Shown here: positions 1-8,219 of the stretch, one piece after another | Layout: the number at the start of each line of letters is the position of its first letter | Numbering within the stretch: the stretch's first letter is position 1 | Assembly: GCA_044238425.1 (NCBI GenBank) | Contig: JBIIDI010000001.1 | Location: 1-42,156, forward strand | Direction of reading: 5' to 3' | Source: Ilumatobacteraceae bacterium | Lineage (GTDB): Bacteria > Actinomycetota > Acidimicrobiia > Acidimicrobiales > Ilumatobacteraceae | Length of the DNA: 42,156 nucleotides | The notes under the pieces: model-generated | The model's input: the letters and a program-made list of their open reading frames with translations, nothing else | What the model was told of the DNA's origin: nothing | Databases searched by the model: none | Position numbers and translations under genes: made by a program

Positions 1-1
1 C

Positions 2-1378
2 TACGGCGGTACACCCGAGAACAGGCGTCGCTTCCTGCGCGAGGTGGTCGAATCGATCCGCAGTCACATCGGCAAGGACGTCACCGTCGGTCTGCGTCTG
101 TGCATGGACGAGCTCATGCCCGGCGGGTACGGTGCCGACTACTGCGAGTACCTCGTCGGTCGGTTCACCGACGAGGGCCTCGTCGACTACTTCAGCGTCG
201 ACGTCGGCAACAACTGGGGGGCTCCGTCGTACATCGCACCGTTCACCTTCGCCGAGGGACAGTGGGCGGCGCTCGCCGGCGAAATGAAGAAGGCGACGAA
301 GCTGCCCGTCATCTACGTCGGACGCGTGTCGACCGCCGATCGTGCCGCCGAAATCGTTGAGCAGGGCCTTGCCGACATGGTCGGCATGGTGCGCGCGAAC
401 CTCGCCGACCCGAACTTCGTGAACAAACTGAAGCGCGGACGCGCGCAGTCGATCCGACCGTGCGTCGGCGTCAACGACTGCATCCACCGCATCGTCGTCG
501 AGGGACTGCGTTTTGGTTGTGCGAGCAACCCGTTTGCCGGCCACGAGACCGACGGACCGCTCGTGCCGGCCAAGGACAAGCGCAAGGTGCTCGTCATCGG
601 TGCCGGCCCCGCCGGCCTCGAACTTGCAGGTCTCGCCGCCGAACGCGGGCACGACGTCACGCTGTGGGAGCGCAGCGACCACCTCGGCGGTCAACTCGCC
701 ATCGCCGCCCGTCTCCGCAGCAACCGCGCCTACGAGCGGTGGATTACGTGGCAGAAGTGGCGTCTCGAAGAGGCGGGTGTCGACGTGGTCACGGGCAAGC
801 ACGCCGACGTCGATTCCGTGCTTGCATTCGGTGCCGACGTCGTTGCGACGGCCACGGGTGCAAAGTTTCGTCCTCCTCTCGTTGACGGGGTCGACCTGCC
901 GCACGTGTTCACCGTGCCGCAGGCACTCGACGATCCGTCACGCCTCGGCAAGCGAGTTGTCGTCATTGCCGAGGACGACCGACCGAGTCCGCTGTCGGTT
1001 GCCGATCACCTCGCGAGTCTCGGCCACGAGGTCACGGTCGTGTATCCGACGGTGACGCCGTCACAGTTGATCGGCGCGTATTCGATCGGCGCCATGCTCG
1101 CCCGCTTCGACGAAGTCGGGGGAACGGTGGTGACGAGCACCAAGCTCGTGCGCATCGAACGCGACCATCTCGTCGTGGCGCATGCGTTCAGCTACCGCGA
1201 GCGACGCATCGACGGGGTCGACTCGGTGGTGCTCGCGACGGGCAGTCACTCGGAGAACGATCTGTACGCGCAGTTGAAGCACCGCCATCCGAACGTGCAT
1301 CTGCTTGGGGATGCGTACGCTCCGCGTCGTTGGACGTTCGCCACCCGTCAGGCGTACGAACTCGCGCGCCTCATCTGA
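2..1378 (+). CDS. NADH:flavin oxidoreductase (Old Yellow Enzyme / 2,4-dienoyl-CoA reductase family) fused to an FAD/NAD(P)-binding domain; 5' end lies outside the window
   Basis: The frame is open from nt 2 (YGGTPENRRRFLREVVESIR, an OYE TIM-barrel segment). It carries a Cys-motif region RPCVGVNDC...FGCASNP and a Rossmann GxGxxG (VLVIGAGPAGLELAG). TGA lies at 1376-1378. Confidence 0.8.
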   Translation, partial: YGGTPENRRRFLREVVESIRSHIGKDVTVGLRLCMDELMPGGYGADYCEYLVGRFTDEGLVDYFSVDVGNNWGAPSYIAPFTFAEGQWAALAGEMKKATKLPVIYVGRVSTADRAAEIVEQGLADMVGMVRANLADPNFVNKLKRGRAQSIRPCVGVNDCIHRIVVEGLRFGCASNPFAGHETDGPLVPAKDKRKVLVIGAGPAGLELAGLAAERGHDVTLWERSDHLGGQLAIAARLRSNRAYERWITWQKWRLEEAGVDVVTGKHADVDSVLAFGADVVATATGAKFRPPLVDGVDLPHVFTVPQALDDPSRLGKRVVVIAEDDRPSPLSVADHLASLGHEVTVVYPTVTPSQLIGAYSIGAMLARFDEVGGTVVTSTKLVRIERDHLVVAHAFSYRERRIDGVDSVVLATGSHSENDLYAQLKHRHPNVHLLGDAYAPRRWTFATRQAYELARLI

Positions 1379-1390
1379 CGTCGTTTGCTA

Positions 1391-1517
1391 CCGGCCAGCA
1401 ACGTGTTGCTGTGACTCTGGTCGTGTGTCAACGACCAGCAACGTGTTGATGAGATGCTCGCCGGCCGTTACCGGCGAGCAACATGTTGCTGTGACTCTGA
1501 TCGTGTGTCAACGACCA
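1391..1517. repeat. Two 47-bp direct repeats (1391-1437 and 1471-1517, 44/47 identical) flanking a related middle unit; three copies of the 14-bp palindrome AGCAACNNGTTGNT sit at 1397, 1437 and 1477
   Basis: Read directly: ccggccAGCAACGTGTTGCTgtgactctggtcgtgtgtcaacgacca versus ccggcgAGCAACATGTTGCTgtgactctgatcgtgtgtcaacgacca. The palindromes are spaced exactly 40 bp apart. The array lies between convergent 3' ends (1378 and 1508). Confidence 0.8.
1457..1478. terminator. GC-rich hairpin (8-bp stem CTCGCCGG/CCGGCGAG, 6-nt loop) in the convergent intergenic spacer
   Basis: The stem is perfectly complementary and there is no U-tract. Its position between two convergent genes fits a bidirectional terminator or RNA-stabilising hairpin. 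Confidence 0.35.
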
Positions 1518-1523
1518 GAGTCA
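1492..1523. terminator. 13-bp stem (one mismatch) / 6-nt loop hairpin whose loop holds the stop codon of the FAD-subunit gene
   Basis: TGACTCTGATCGT-gtgtca-ACGACCAGAGTCA. The minus-strand TGA (1508-1510) lies in the loop. Confidence 0.35.
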
Positions 1524-2317
1524 GTGAGCGCGTCTTCGGTGAGGACGCGCGCGAGGTGGCGGCGGTAGTCGGCCGAGGCGCGGATATCCGACGACGGTGA
1601 CGTGTCGCGATCGGCGAGTTGCGCCGCCTCGCGCACGGCTGCACCGTTGCGCAGGGCCTCTTCGACGCCCGTCGCCCGCAGCGGGATCTCACCCATGGCA
1701 CCGAGCGCGATCGCGTCACCGGCAACGGCCACCGAGACGACCGCCCAGTCCTGTGAGCGCACCGTGAACTTCTGGTAGCTCGAGCCCGCGCCCGTGACGG
1801 GAATACGGATCTCGGTGAGAATCTCGTTCGGCTGCAGAGCGGTCTGCCAGAAGCCGACGAAGAAATCCTTCGCGGTGATCGACCGCGACCCGGTCGGACC
1901 GGTGGCGACGAACGTCGCTCCGAGTGCGAGCAGGGCGACGGGAAGATCCGATGCCGAGTCACCGTGCGCCACCGATCCGCCGATCGTGCCGCGGTTGCGC
2001 ACCTGCGGATCGCCGACGAGTGCGGCGGTGCGGGCGAGCAGTGGAACGAGTCGGTTGACCTCGGGTGAGCGTTCGACGAGCACGTGACGTGTGAGTGCGC
2101 CGACGACGAGCTCGTTGCCCTCGTGGCGGATCCCCGACAAACCGGGCAACGACGCGATGTCGACGAGCACGCTCGGCGTCGCGAGGCGCAACTTCATCAG
2201 CGGAATGAGCGAGTGGCCGCCGGCGAGCAGCTTCGCCTCGTCGCCGTGCGTGGCGAGTGCCTCGTGCGCCTCGGCCATCGTGCGGGCCTTGACGTACGTG
2301 AACGGTGCGGGAATCAC
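1508..2317 (-). CDS. Xanthine dehydrogenase/CO dehydrogenase family FAD-binding medium subunit (CoxM-like)
   Basis: [21 protein letters not shown]...[19 protein letters not shown] is a typical CoxM/XdhB N-terminus. GTG at 2317 is preceded by GGAGG and overlaps the small-subunit stop (GTGA). The longer 328-aa track ORF N-terminus overlaps the upstream gene and looks non-coding. Confidence 0.85.
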   Translation of the reverse strand: MIPAPFTYVKARTMAEAHEALATHGDEAKLLAGGHSLIPLMKLRLATPSVLVDIASLPGLSGIRHEGNELVVGALTRHVLVERSPEVNRLVPLLARTAALVGDPQVRNRGTIGGSVAHGDSASDLPVALLALGATFVATGPTGSRSITAKDFFVGFWQTALQPNEILTEIRIPVTGAGSSYQKFTVRSQDWAVVSVAVAGDAIALGAMGEIPLRATGVEEALRNGAAVREAAQLADRDTSPSSDIRASADYRRHLARVLTEDALTDSGR

Positions 2318-2790
2318 TTCGGACCTCCTGCGTTCTCGGCAGCCCAGCGCACGGAGTTGACGATCATCTCGTAGCCCGTGCAGCGGCAGATGTTGCCCTC
2401 GAGAGCGTGGCGGATCTCGCCGTCGCTGGGGTTCGGGTTCTCGTTGAGCAGTGCGGTGCACGCCATGAGCATTCCCGGTGTGCAGTAGCCGCACTGCAGG
2501 CCGTGTTCCTGGCGGAAGCCCTCCTGTACGTTGCTCAGCCCGTCGAACGGACCGCTGAGGCCTTCGATCGTCGTCACCGACTGACCTTCGGCCTGCGCCG
2601 CGAGAACCGTACAGCTCTTCACGGCTTCGCCGTCGAGCAGCACCGTGCAGGCTCCGCAGTTCGACGTGTCGCAGCCGATGTGCGAGCCGGTGAGCCGTGC
2701 GTGCTCGCGGATGAAGTGGATGAGCAGCGTGCGATCCTCCACCTCGTGGGAGTGCTTGCGGCCGTTGATGGTGATTTCGATTCGTCTCAT
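2314..2790 (-). CDS. (2Fe-2S)-binding small subunit of a Mo-hydroxylase (CoxS-like)
   Basis: [13 protein letters not shown]..., with cluster motifs CDTSNCGAC...C and CGYCTPG...CRCTGY (158 aa). ATG at 2790 overlaps the large-subunit stop (ATGA). This is only the 3' end of the 769-aa track ORF. Confidence 0.9.
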   Translation of the reverse strand: MRRIEITINGRKHSHEVEDRTLLIHFIREHARLTGSHIGCDTSNCGACTVLLDGEAVKSCTVLAAQAEGQSVTTIEGLSGPFDGLSNVQEGFRQEHGLQCGYCTPGMLMACTALLNENPNPSDGEIRHALEGNICRCTGYEMIVNSVRWAAENAGGPK

Positions 2791-5120
2791 CGTGCTGCTC
2801 CGTTCGTGTTGTGCGAGTTCATTGCGGCCCAGATCTTCTCGGGAAGTACCGGCATGTCGAGGTGCTCGACGCCGAGGTGGGAGAGGGCATCGACGATCGC
2901 GTTGACGATCGACGGCGGACTTCCGATCGCCCCCGATTCGCCGATTCCCTTCGCTCCGAGCGGGTTGTTCGGGCACGGTGTGTTGATTCGACCGGGGATG
3001 AAGCCGGGAAGATCGGGCGCCGAGGGAATGAGATAGTCGACGAGATTCGAGGTGATCGGCTGACCGGTGTCCGGGTCGTACTTCATCTCCTCGTACAGCG
3101 CCTGGGCGATTCCCTGTGCCGCACCGCCGTGCACCTGTCCTTCGGCAAGCAACGGATTGATCACCGTGCCGCAGTCGTCGACGAGGATCATCTTGACAAC
3201 CTTCACCTTGCCCGTGCGCCGGTCGATTTCGACGACGCAACCGTACGCACCCGAGGGGTACGAGAAGTTCGGACTCTCCTGGAAGAGACGCTCTTCGAGC
3301 GTGCCGGCCTGCAGTTCGGGCGGCAGGCGCAGGGGTTGGAAGCTTGCCAACGCAACGTCCGACCAACCGACCTTCTTGCCCGGTGAGCCCTTGACGCTGA
3401 AGGCGTCGTCGGCAACGTCGAGGTCTTCCTCGGCTGCCTCGAGCAGGTGTGCGGCAATCTTCTTCGCCCGAACGAGCAGACGCTGGCTCGCCACCTTCGT
3501 CGCCGATCCGACCATCGGCACCGAACGACTGCCCATCGTGCCGATGCCCTGAATCACCGTTGCCGTGTCGCCGTGCACGACGTTGATCCGGTCGAAGGAG
3601 ATGCCGAGTTCGTCGGCCGCAATCTGCGACACGACCGTTTCGGTGCCCTGACCGTGCGGCGATGAACCGATGAACAGCGTGCACGAGCCGTCGGGATGAA
3701 TGCGAACTTGCGCCGACTCCCACGACGCGAGGTGGCCGAATCCCTCGAGCGAGCCATTCGGGCCGAAGCCGGCAATCTCGATCCACGTCGAGAATCCGAT
3801 GCCGATGAGCGGCTTCGTCGGATCGTTGCGGTGGGCGGCTTGCTGCGCCTTCACCGCGTCGTAATCGAGCAGTCGCACGCACTCGCGCAGGGCTTCGGGG
3901 AAGTTGCCCGAGTCGTAAATGACCGCCTCGTTGTGCGTCTCGTAGGGGAACTCGTTCGGTTGGATGAAGTTGCGCATCCGCACCTCGACGGGGTCGAGTC
4001 CCGTGCGGTCGGCCACGAGGTCGACGAGGCGCTCGATCGAGTACGTCGCTTCCGGCCGGCCGGCACCGCGGTACGCCGCAACCGGTGTCGTGTTCGTGAC
4101 GACCGAGCGGAACGCGGTCTGCACCTTCGGCACCTTGTAGCAACCCGCCGCCATCCAGTTCGTGAGCACCGGCAATCCCATGCCGGTCGGATCGGGGTAT
4201 GCACCGAGATTCTGCGTGACGACGAAGCGCAGGGCCTTGATCTTGCCGTTCTTGTCGAAGCCGACTTCGAGATCGTGTTCCTGGTCGCGGCCGTGGGTCA
4301 TCTGCAGCATCGCCTCGGTGCGCGACTGCATGAACTTCACGGGGCGGCCCGTCCACTTCGAGAGCAGCGGAGTGACGAACAATTCCGGCGACCACACGAT
4401 CTTTGCGCCGAATCCGCCGCCGACCGCGGGCGCGATGACGCGGCACTGCGTGTGCGGGATATTCAACCACGCCGCCACCTTGTTGCGCAGGTGGTGCGGC
4501 GCCTGGAAGGTGGCCCACAACGTGAGGCCTTCCATCGTCCAGTCGGCGAGGCATCCCATCGGCTCGATCGGTACGACGGCGCAGCGCTGGTTGACGAGGT
4601 GCAACGTGGCGCGCATGTCGCACGACTCCATGACGCGCTCGAGGTCGTCGACCATCGGCACGGTGACGACGGCGTTCGATCCGTGGTGGGGGAACAGCAG
4701 CGGCGCGTTGGGCGCAACCGCCTCGGAGATCGTCGTGACGGCAGGCAGCACCTCGTATTCGACGCGGACGGCGGCAACTGCATCGGCTGCGGCGTAGCGA
4801 TCCTCGGCAACGACGACGGCAACGGGTTCACCCGCCCAGCGCACGCGACCCGTGGCGAGCGGCGGACGCTCGAGATCGGGAACGCCACCGGGAAGGTCGG
4901 GGTAGTCGACGAAGTCGTGCGACGTCCAGATGCCGAGAACACCGGGCATCTTCAACGCGTCGCGCGTGTCGATGGAAAGGATGTTCGCGTGCGCGTGCTC
5001 CGACACGACGAACTGGGCGAACGCGACGTTCGTCGGCTTCATGTCGTCGACGAACTGGGCGCGACCGGTGAGAAGGCGCGGGTCCTCCTTGCGCAGGACC
5101 TTGGCTCCGACGAGGCTCAT
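2787..5120 (-). CDS. Molybdopterin-binding large subunit, form-II CoxL-like (xanthine dehydrogenase family), substrate unknown
   Basis: 777 aa. N-terminus is [19 protein letters not shown]. The active-site loop reads [12 protein letters not shown] (not AYxCSFR), and GAKGIGESG is present. An AAGGAG lies about 6 nt upstream. ATGA overlaps occur at both ends. Confidence 0.9.
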   Translation of the reverse strand: MSLVGAKVLRKEDPRLLTGRAQFVDDMKPTNVAFAQFVVSEHAHANILSIDTRDALKMPGVLGIWTSHDFVDYPDLPGGVPDLERPPLATGRVRWAGEPVAVVVAEDRYAAADAVAAVRVEYEVLPAVTTISEAVAPNAPLLFPHHGSNAVVTVPMVDDLERVMESCDMRATLHLVNQRCAVVPIEPMGCLADWTMEGLTLWATFQAPHHLRNKVAAWLNIPHTQCRVIAPAVGGGFGAKIVWSPELFVTPLLSKWTGRPVKFMQSRTEAMLQMTHGRDQEHDLEVGFDKNGKIKALRFVVTQNLGAYPDPTGMGLPVLTNWMAAGCYKVPKVQTAFRSVVTNTTPVAAYRGAGRPEATYSIERLVDLVADRTGLDPVEVRMRNFIQPNEFPYETHNEAVIYDSGNFPEALRECVRLLDYDAVKAQQAAHRNDPTKPLIGIGFSTWIEIAGFGPNGSLEGFGHLASWESAQVRIHPDGSCTLFIGSSPHGQGTETVVSQIAADELGISFDRINVVHGDTATVIQGIGTMGSRSVPMVGSATKVASQRLLVRAKKIAAHLLEAAEEDLDVADDAFSVKGSPGKKVGWSDVALASFQPLRLPPELQAGTLEERLFQESPNFSYPSGAYGCVVEIDRRTGKVKVVKMILVDDCGTVINPLLAEGQVHGGAAQGIAQALYEEMKYDPDTGQPITSNLVDYLIPSAPDLPGFIPGRINTPCPNNPLGAKGIGESGAIGSPPSIVNAIVDALSHLGVEHLDMPVLPEKIWAAMNSHNTNGAAR

Positions 5121-6433
5121 GAGTTCTCCTTCTTTCGTCTACGTGGGAAGTAACGGCTGATCTTCTTGCGACGTTGGCGGCTCGGGCGATGATGGTGTGC
5201 CTGGGAATCCGCGGGGTCGTGCCACCACTCGCGCGCCTCGGGGGTCGAGTTCGTGCCCCAGCGCATGATGCGACCGAGCAGGTACTCGGGGCCGCTCTCC
5301 TCGCGACGCCACCAGCGACGCTGACCGCCGTGCACGCGGCGTTGGTACGTCGACAAACCGACGGAGATGATGAGTGCCAGACCGAAGAAGAGGTTTTCCA
5401 CCCATAGAACGGCGACTCCTGCCAGTTGCAGCCCCTTCACTCCACTTTGTAGCACGATCACGCTGAGGAAGGTTCCCGGAACGTTGAAGCGGCGCTTGAA
5501 CTGCGTGGAACCGAGGAACACCGCGGCAAACGCGGGGAGCAGGTACGGAGCGCCCGACTGGGCCTGGGTGGAGCCGTACTGGGAGGCGAGGAGCACGCCG
5601 GCGATCGAGGCGACGAATGCCGAGACGACCATCGCCGCGAAGATGTACCGGTCGGTGTGGATGCCGGCGAGCCGCGCGGCGTCGCGACCGCCACCGGTGG
5701 CGAAGAAGTACCGCCCGACGGGTGTGTGCTCGATGACGAACCAGGCGATGACGGCGAGCACGACGGCGATGATCACCGAGGTGCGCAGACCGAAGGCGAA
5801 TTCGGTCGTCAGCGACAGGAACGAATCGGGCATGCCGAGAATCGACCGGTTGCCCGACCGCCACACGGCGAAGGCAGTGAGGATCGAGCTCATTCCCAAC
5901 GTGGCGATGAACGAGTCGATGCGTATCTTCACGATGAGGAACGCGTTGATCGCACCGATGACGAGTCCGAGCAGCAACGCGGCACCGATTGCGGGCCACA
6001 CGGGCCACGCGCGGTCGACGAGCAACCACGACACGACGACTGCCGATGCCGAAATCGTCGCTGCGATCGAAAGGTCGAACACGCCGCTGGCCAGGGGGAT
6101 GATGAGGCCGATCGCCACGACGATGAGAATTGCCTGTTGGTTGATGACCGAGCGGTGGGTGAGCCAGGTCAGCCAGGTGTCGGGCACCCACGCGGTGTAG
6201 ATGATCCACGTCGCGGCATAGAGATAGAGCACACCGATGTTGCGCGGGTGGAGCTTGCGCCACTTGAAGGGCGATCGACGTGTGTCGAAACGGCTGTCGA
6301 TCTTCTCGCGGCGCTCGACGCGGTCGTACTTCAGTCGCCAGCGTCGCGTGATCTTGTTCTGCTTGAGGACGAGTCGTGCCTCGACTTCCCCGGTGGCCGG
6401 ATCGACCTTCAGCGGACCTTCGGCATTGCTCAT
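5117..6433 (-). CDS. ABC transporter permease, ribose/xylose (CUT2) type, with basic N- and C-terminal extensions
   Basis: The core (VINQQAILIVVAIGLIIPLASGVFDLSIAA...) resembles RbsC/AraH-type permeases. ATG at 6433 overlaps the ATPase stop (ATGA) and the stop overlaps the coxL-like ATG. There is a ~65-aa Lys/Arg-rich N-tail and a ~75-aa Arg/Trp-rich C-tail. Confidence 0.8.
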   Translation of the reverse strand: MSNAEGPLKVDPATGEVEARLVLKQNKITRRWRLKYDRVERREKIDSRFDTRRSPFKWRKLHPRNIGVLYLYAATWIIYTAWVPDTWLTWLTHRSVINQQAILIVVAIGLIIPLASGVFDLSIAATISASAVVVSWLLVDRAWPVWPAIGAALLLGLVIGAINAFLIVKIRIDSFIATLGMSSILTAFAVWRSGNRSILGMPDSFLSLTTEFAFGLRTSVIIAVVLAVIAWFVIEHTPVGRYFFATGGGRDAARLAGIHTDRYIFAAMVVSAFVASIAGVLLASQYGSTQAQSGAPYLLPAFAAVFLGSTQFKRRFNVPGTFLSVIVLQSGVKGLQLAGVAVLWVENLFFGLALIISVGLSTYQRRVHGGQRRWWRREESGPEYLLGRIMRWGTNSTPEAREWWHDPADSQAHHHRPSRQRRKKISRYFPRRRKKENS

Positions 6434-8064
6434 GTCGTCTCCTTCGTGCGCGTTGTCAGGGAAGCGTTCGTCGTTGCGGGTGCGTCGTCACGAATGACGG
6501 TGAAGCCGAGCTTGCGCTCGACCACCCGCGTTCCGGCGCGCAAACTCGTGGCGCCGAGCGTTTCGGTGACGATGCGGCTCGTCGTGAGGTTCGATCCCGA
6601 GAGCTCGCAGGCGATCATTCCGCCGCGCAGAACGAGTACGCGGTCGCACAGTCGGACGAGTTCCTCGGGGTCCGGTGAGGTGACGATGACGGCGCCGCCG
6701 TTGCGGGCGAATTCGTCGATCTTCTCGTAGATCGCGGTTTTGGCACCGACGTCGACGCCCTGGGTCGGTTCGTCGAGGATGAGCACCTTCGGGTTCGTGC
6801 GCAGCCAGCGCGCGAGCACCGATTTTTGTTGGTTGCCGCCGGAGAACTTCTCGAGTCGACGGCGCAGAATCGGTGGCTCGACCTGCAGTCGCTCGACCCA
6901 GTCCTGGACGTCCTCGCGCAGCGGCGTCATTGCGATCTTCGGGCCGCGGCGGTGCGTGGACAGACGAGGCAGCGGCACGTGTTCCTCGAGTCGGTCCGAA
7001 GCGATGAGGCCGAGCCGCTTGCGGTCGGCGGGCACGAGTGCCATGCCGGCCTTCACCGATTCGTGCGGATGGGCGAACACCTTCTTCTTGTTCACGAGAA
7101 CCTTGCCGGCGAAGCGCGGCGTTGCGCCGAACACGGCGGTGCCGATTTCGTCACGACCCGACCCGACGAGTCCGGCGAAGCCGACGACCTCGCCGGCGCG
7201 CACCTTGAAAGTGACTCCCTTCAGCGTCATGCCGAAGACGTTCTCCACCTCGAGCGTGTTCAGGCCGAAGTCCTTGTCGTCGTGCTGCACGTGTGCGCCG
7301 ATGTCACGCCCGACCATGAGTCGCACGAGGCTTGCGGTGTCGTGGTCCGACGCACGTTCGCCGGCGGCGACGACCTTGCCGTCGCGCAGAACGGTGATGC
7401 GATCGGCGAGAGCCAGCACCTCGGGCAGTACGTGGCTGACGAAGATCACTCCCGCGCGGCGTTCGGTGAGTCGGCGCACTTCGCGGAACAGGGCATCGAC
7501 CTCACCGCGGTTCAGTGACGCAGTGGGTTCGTCGAGGATGAGCAAGCCGGGAGCGGAGTCGTCCCAGTCCTGCAAGGCGCGCACGATGGCAACGGCGGTG
7601 CGCTCCGCCGCGGTGAGTGTGGCGACGGGGCTGCGCACGTCGGGCGCAAGACCGAATCCGAGCAGCAATTCCTGGCAACGCTTTGCCTCGCGCCGCCAGC
7701 GGATGTTCTTCAGTGCGCCGGTGTCGAAGCCGCGTCCGAGCGCGAGGTTCTCGATGGTGGACAGTGTGGGGACGAGACCGAGATCCTGGTGAACGATGCG
7801 GATGCGGTCACGCTGGTCGTGGCGCGGATGCCACAGATCGATCGGTTCGCCGTTGAACCGCACTCGTGCGCCGTGGTCGGCCTTGACGTACCCGGCGATC
7901 GTCTTGATGAGAGTGGATTTGCCCGAGCCGTTCTGGCCGATGAGGGCGTGCACCTCGCCGGGCATCACCTGCAACGAGGCCTCGACAAGTGCGCGCTGAC
8001 CGGGGTACGTCTTCGACAGCGTCTCGACGTCGAGGACGGGTGTGACCGTTTGTCGTTCTGACAT
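6430..8064 (-). CDS. Sugar-type ABC transporter ATP-binding protein with two fused NBDs (RbsA/MglA-like)
   Basis: NBD1 has GQNGSGKST and LLILDEPTASL. NBD2 has GLVGSGRDE, FSGGNQQK and VLILDEPTQGVD. I chose ATG at 8064 (MSERQTV...) because AAGGAGGT lies upstream; the track ORF start at 8193 was rejected. Confidence 0.88.
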   Translation of the reverse strand: MSERQTVTPVLDVETLSKTYPGQRALVEASLQVMPGEVHALIGQNGSGKSTLIKTIAGYVKADHGARVRFNGEPIDLWHPRHDQRDRIRIVHQDLGLVPTLSTIENLALGRGFDTGALKNIRWRREAKRCQELLLGFGLAPDVRSPVATLTAAERTAVAIVRALQDWDDSAPGLLILDEPTASLNRGEVDALFREVRRLTERRAGVIFVSHVLPEVLALADRITVLRDGKVVAAGERASDHDTASLVRLMVGRDIGAHVQHDDKDFGLNTLEVENVFGMTLKGVTFKVRAGEVVGFAGLVGSGRDEIGTAVFGATPRFAGKVLVNKKKVFAHPHESVKAGMALVPADRKRLGLIASDRLEEHVPLPRLSTHRRGPKIAMTPLREDVQDWVERLQVEPPILRRRLEKFSGGNQQKSVLARWLRTNPKVLILDEPTQGVDVGAKTAIYEKIDEFARNGGAVIVTSPDPEELVRLCDRVLVLRGGMIACELSGSNLTTSRIVTETLGATSLRAGTRVVERKLGFTVIRDDAPATTNASLTTRTKETT

Positions 8065-8140
8065 CTCCGTACCTCCTTTGCGTGAGTTCGTCGCCACGAT
8101 TCCGAGCGCCAGATCCGGTGAATTCGATGCTGGCTTGCAC

Positions 8141-8171
8141 AAGGGCCGCCGGGAAAATCCCGGCGGCCCTT
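8141..8171 (-). terminator. Perfect 13-bp stem / 5-nt loop hairpin between the binding-protein and ATPase genes (intercistronic attenuator or stabiliser)
   Basis: AAGGGCCGCCGGG-aaaat-CCCGGCGGCCCTT. No U-tract follows on the minus strand. The placement after the SBP gene is typical of ABC operons. Confidence 0.45.
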
Positions 8172-8219
8172 GGCAGTGATGTTGCAACGACACCGTGCGG
8201 TGCCGCTAGCCGCGTGGGA

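Noticed and set aside
1391-1517. Treating the direct repeats in the 1379-1523 spacer as a small CRISPR array.
   Set aside because: There are only two full copies. The unit between them shares the palindrome, no cas genes are present, and the repeat length and spacing are not CRISPR-like.
2314-4623. A 769-aa minus-strand ORF that overlaps the large-subunit gene in another frame.
   Set aside because: Only its last 158 codons (2314-2790) carry 2Fe-2S motifs and a plausible ATG. The upstream part is Arg/Pro-rich out-of-frame read-through of coxL.
2787-5120. Calling the L-S-M genes, and the second L gene, a genuine aerobic CO dehydrogenase.
   Set aside because: Both large subunits have AYRGAGR instead of the form-I AYxCSFR loop that carries the Cu-ligating Cys. 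The gene order (L-S-M) also differs from coxMSL.
3696-5153. Long ORFs antisense to, or out of frame with, real genes. Examples are 3696-5153 (+), 15064-16713 (+), 21523-22704 (+), 23447-25075 (+), 30649-32109 (+), 37657-38970 (+) and 41071-42147 (+), along with many Arg/Pro/Ala-rich ORFs in the track.
   Set aside because: They are typical shadow ORFs of GC-rich DNA, where stop codons are rare in all frames. Their translations are low-complexity Arg/Ala/Pro/Gly-rich with no recognisable motifs. Each one overlaps a gene with strong family signatures.
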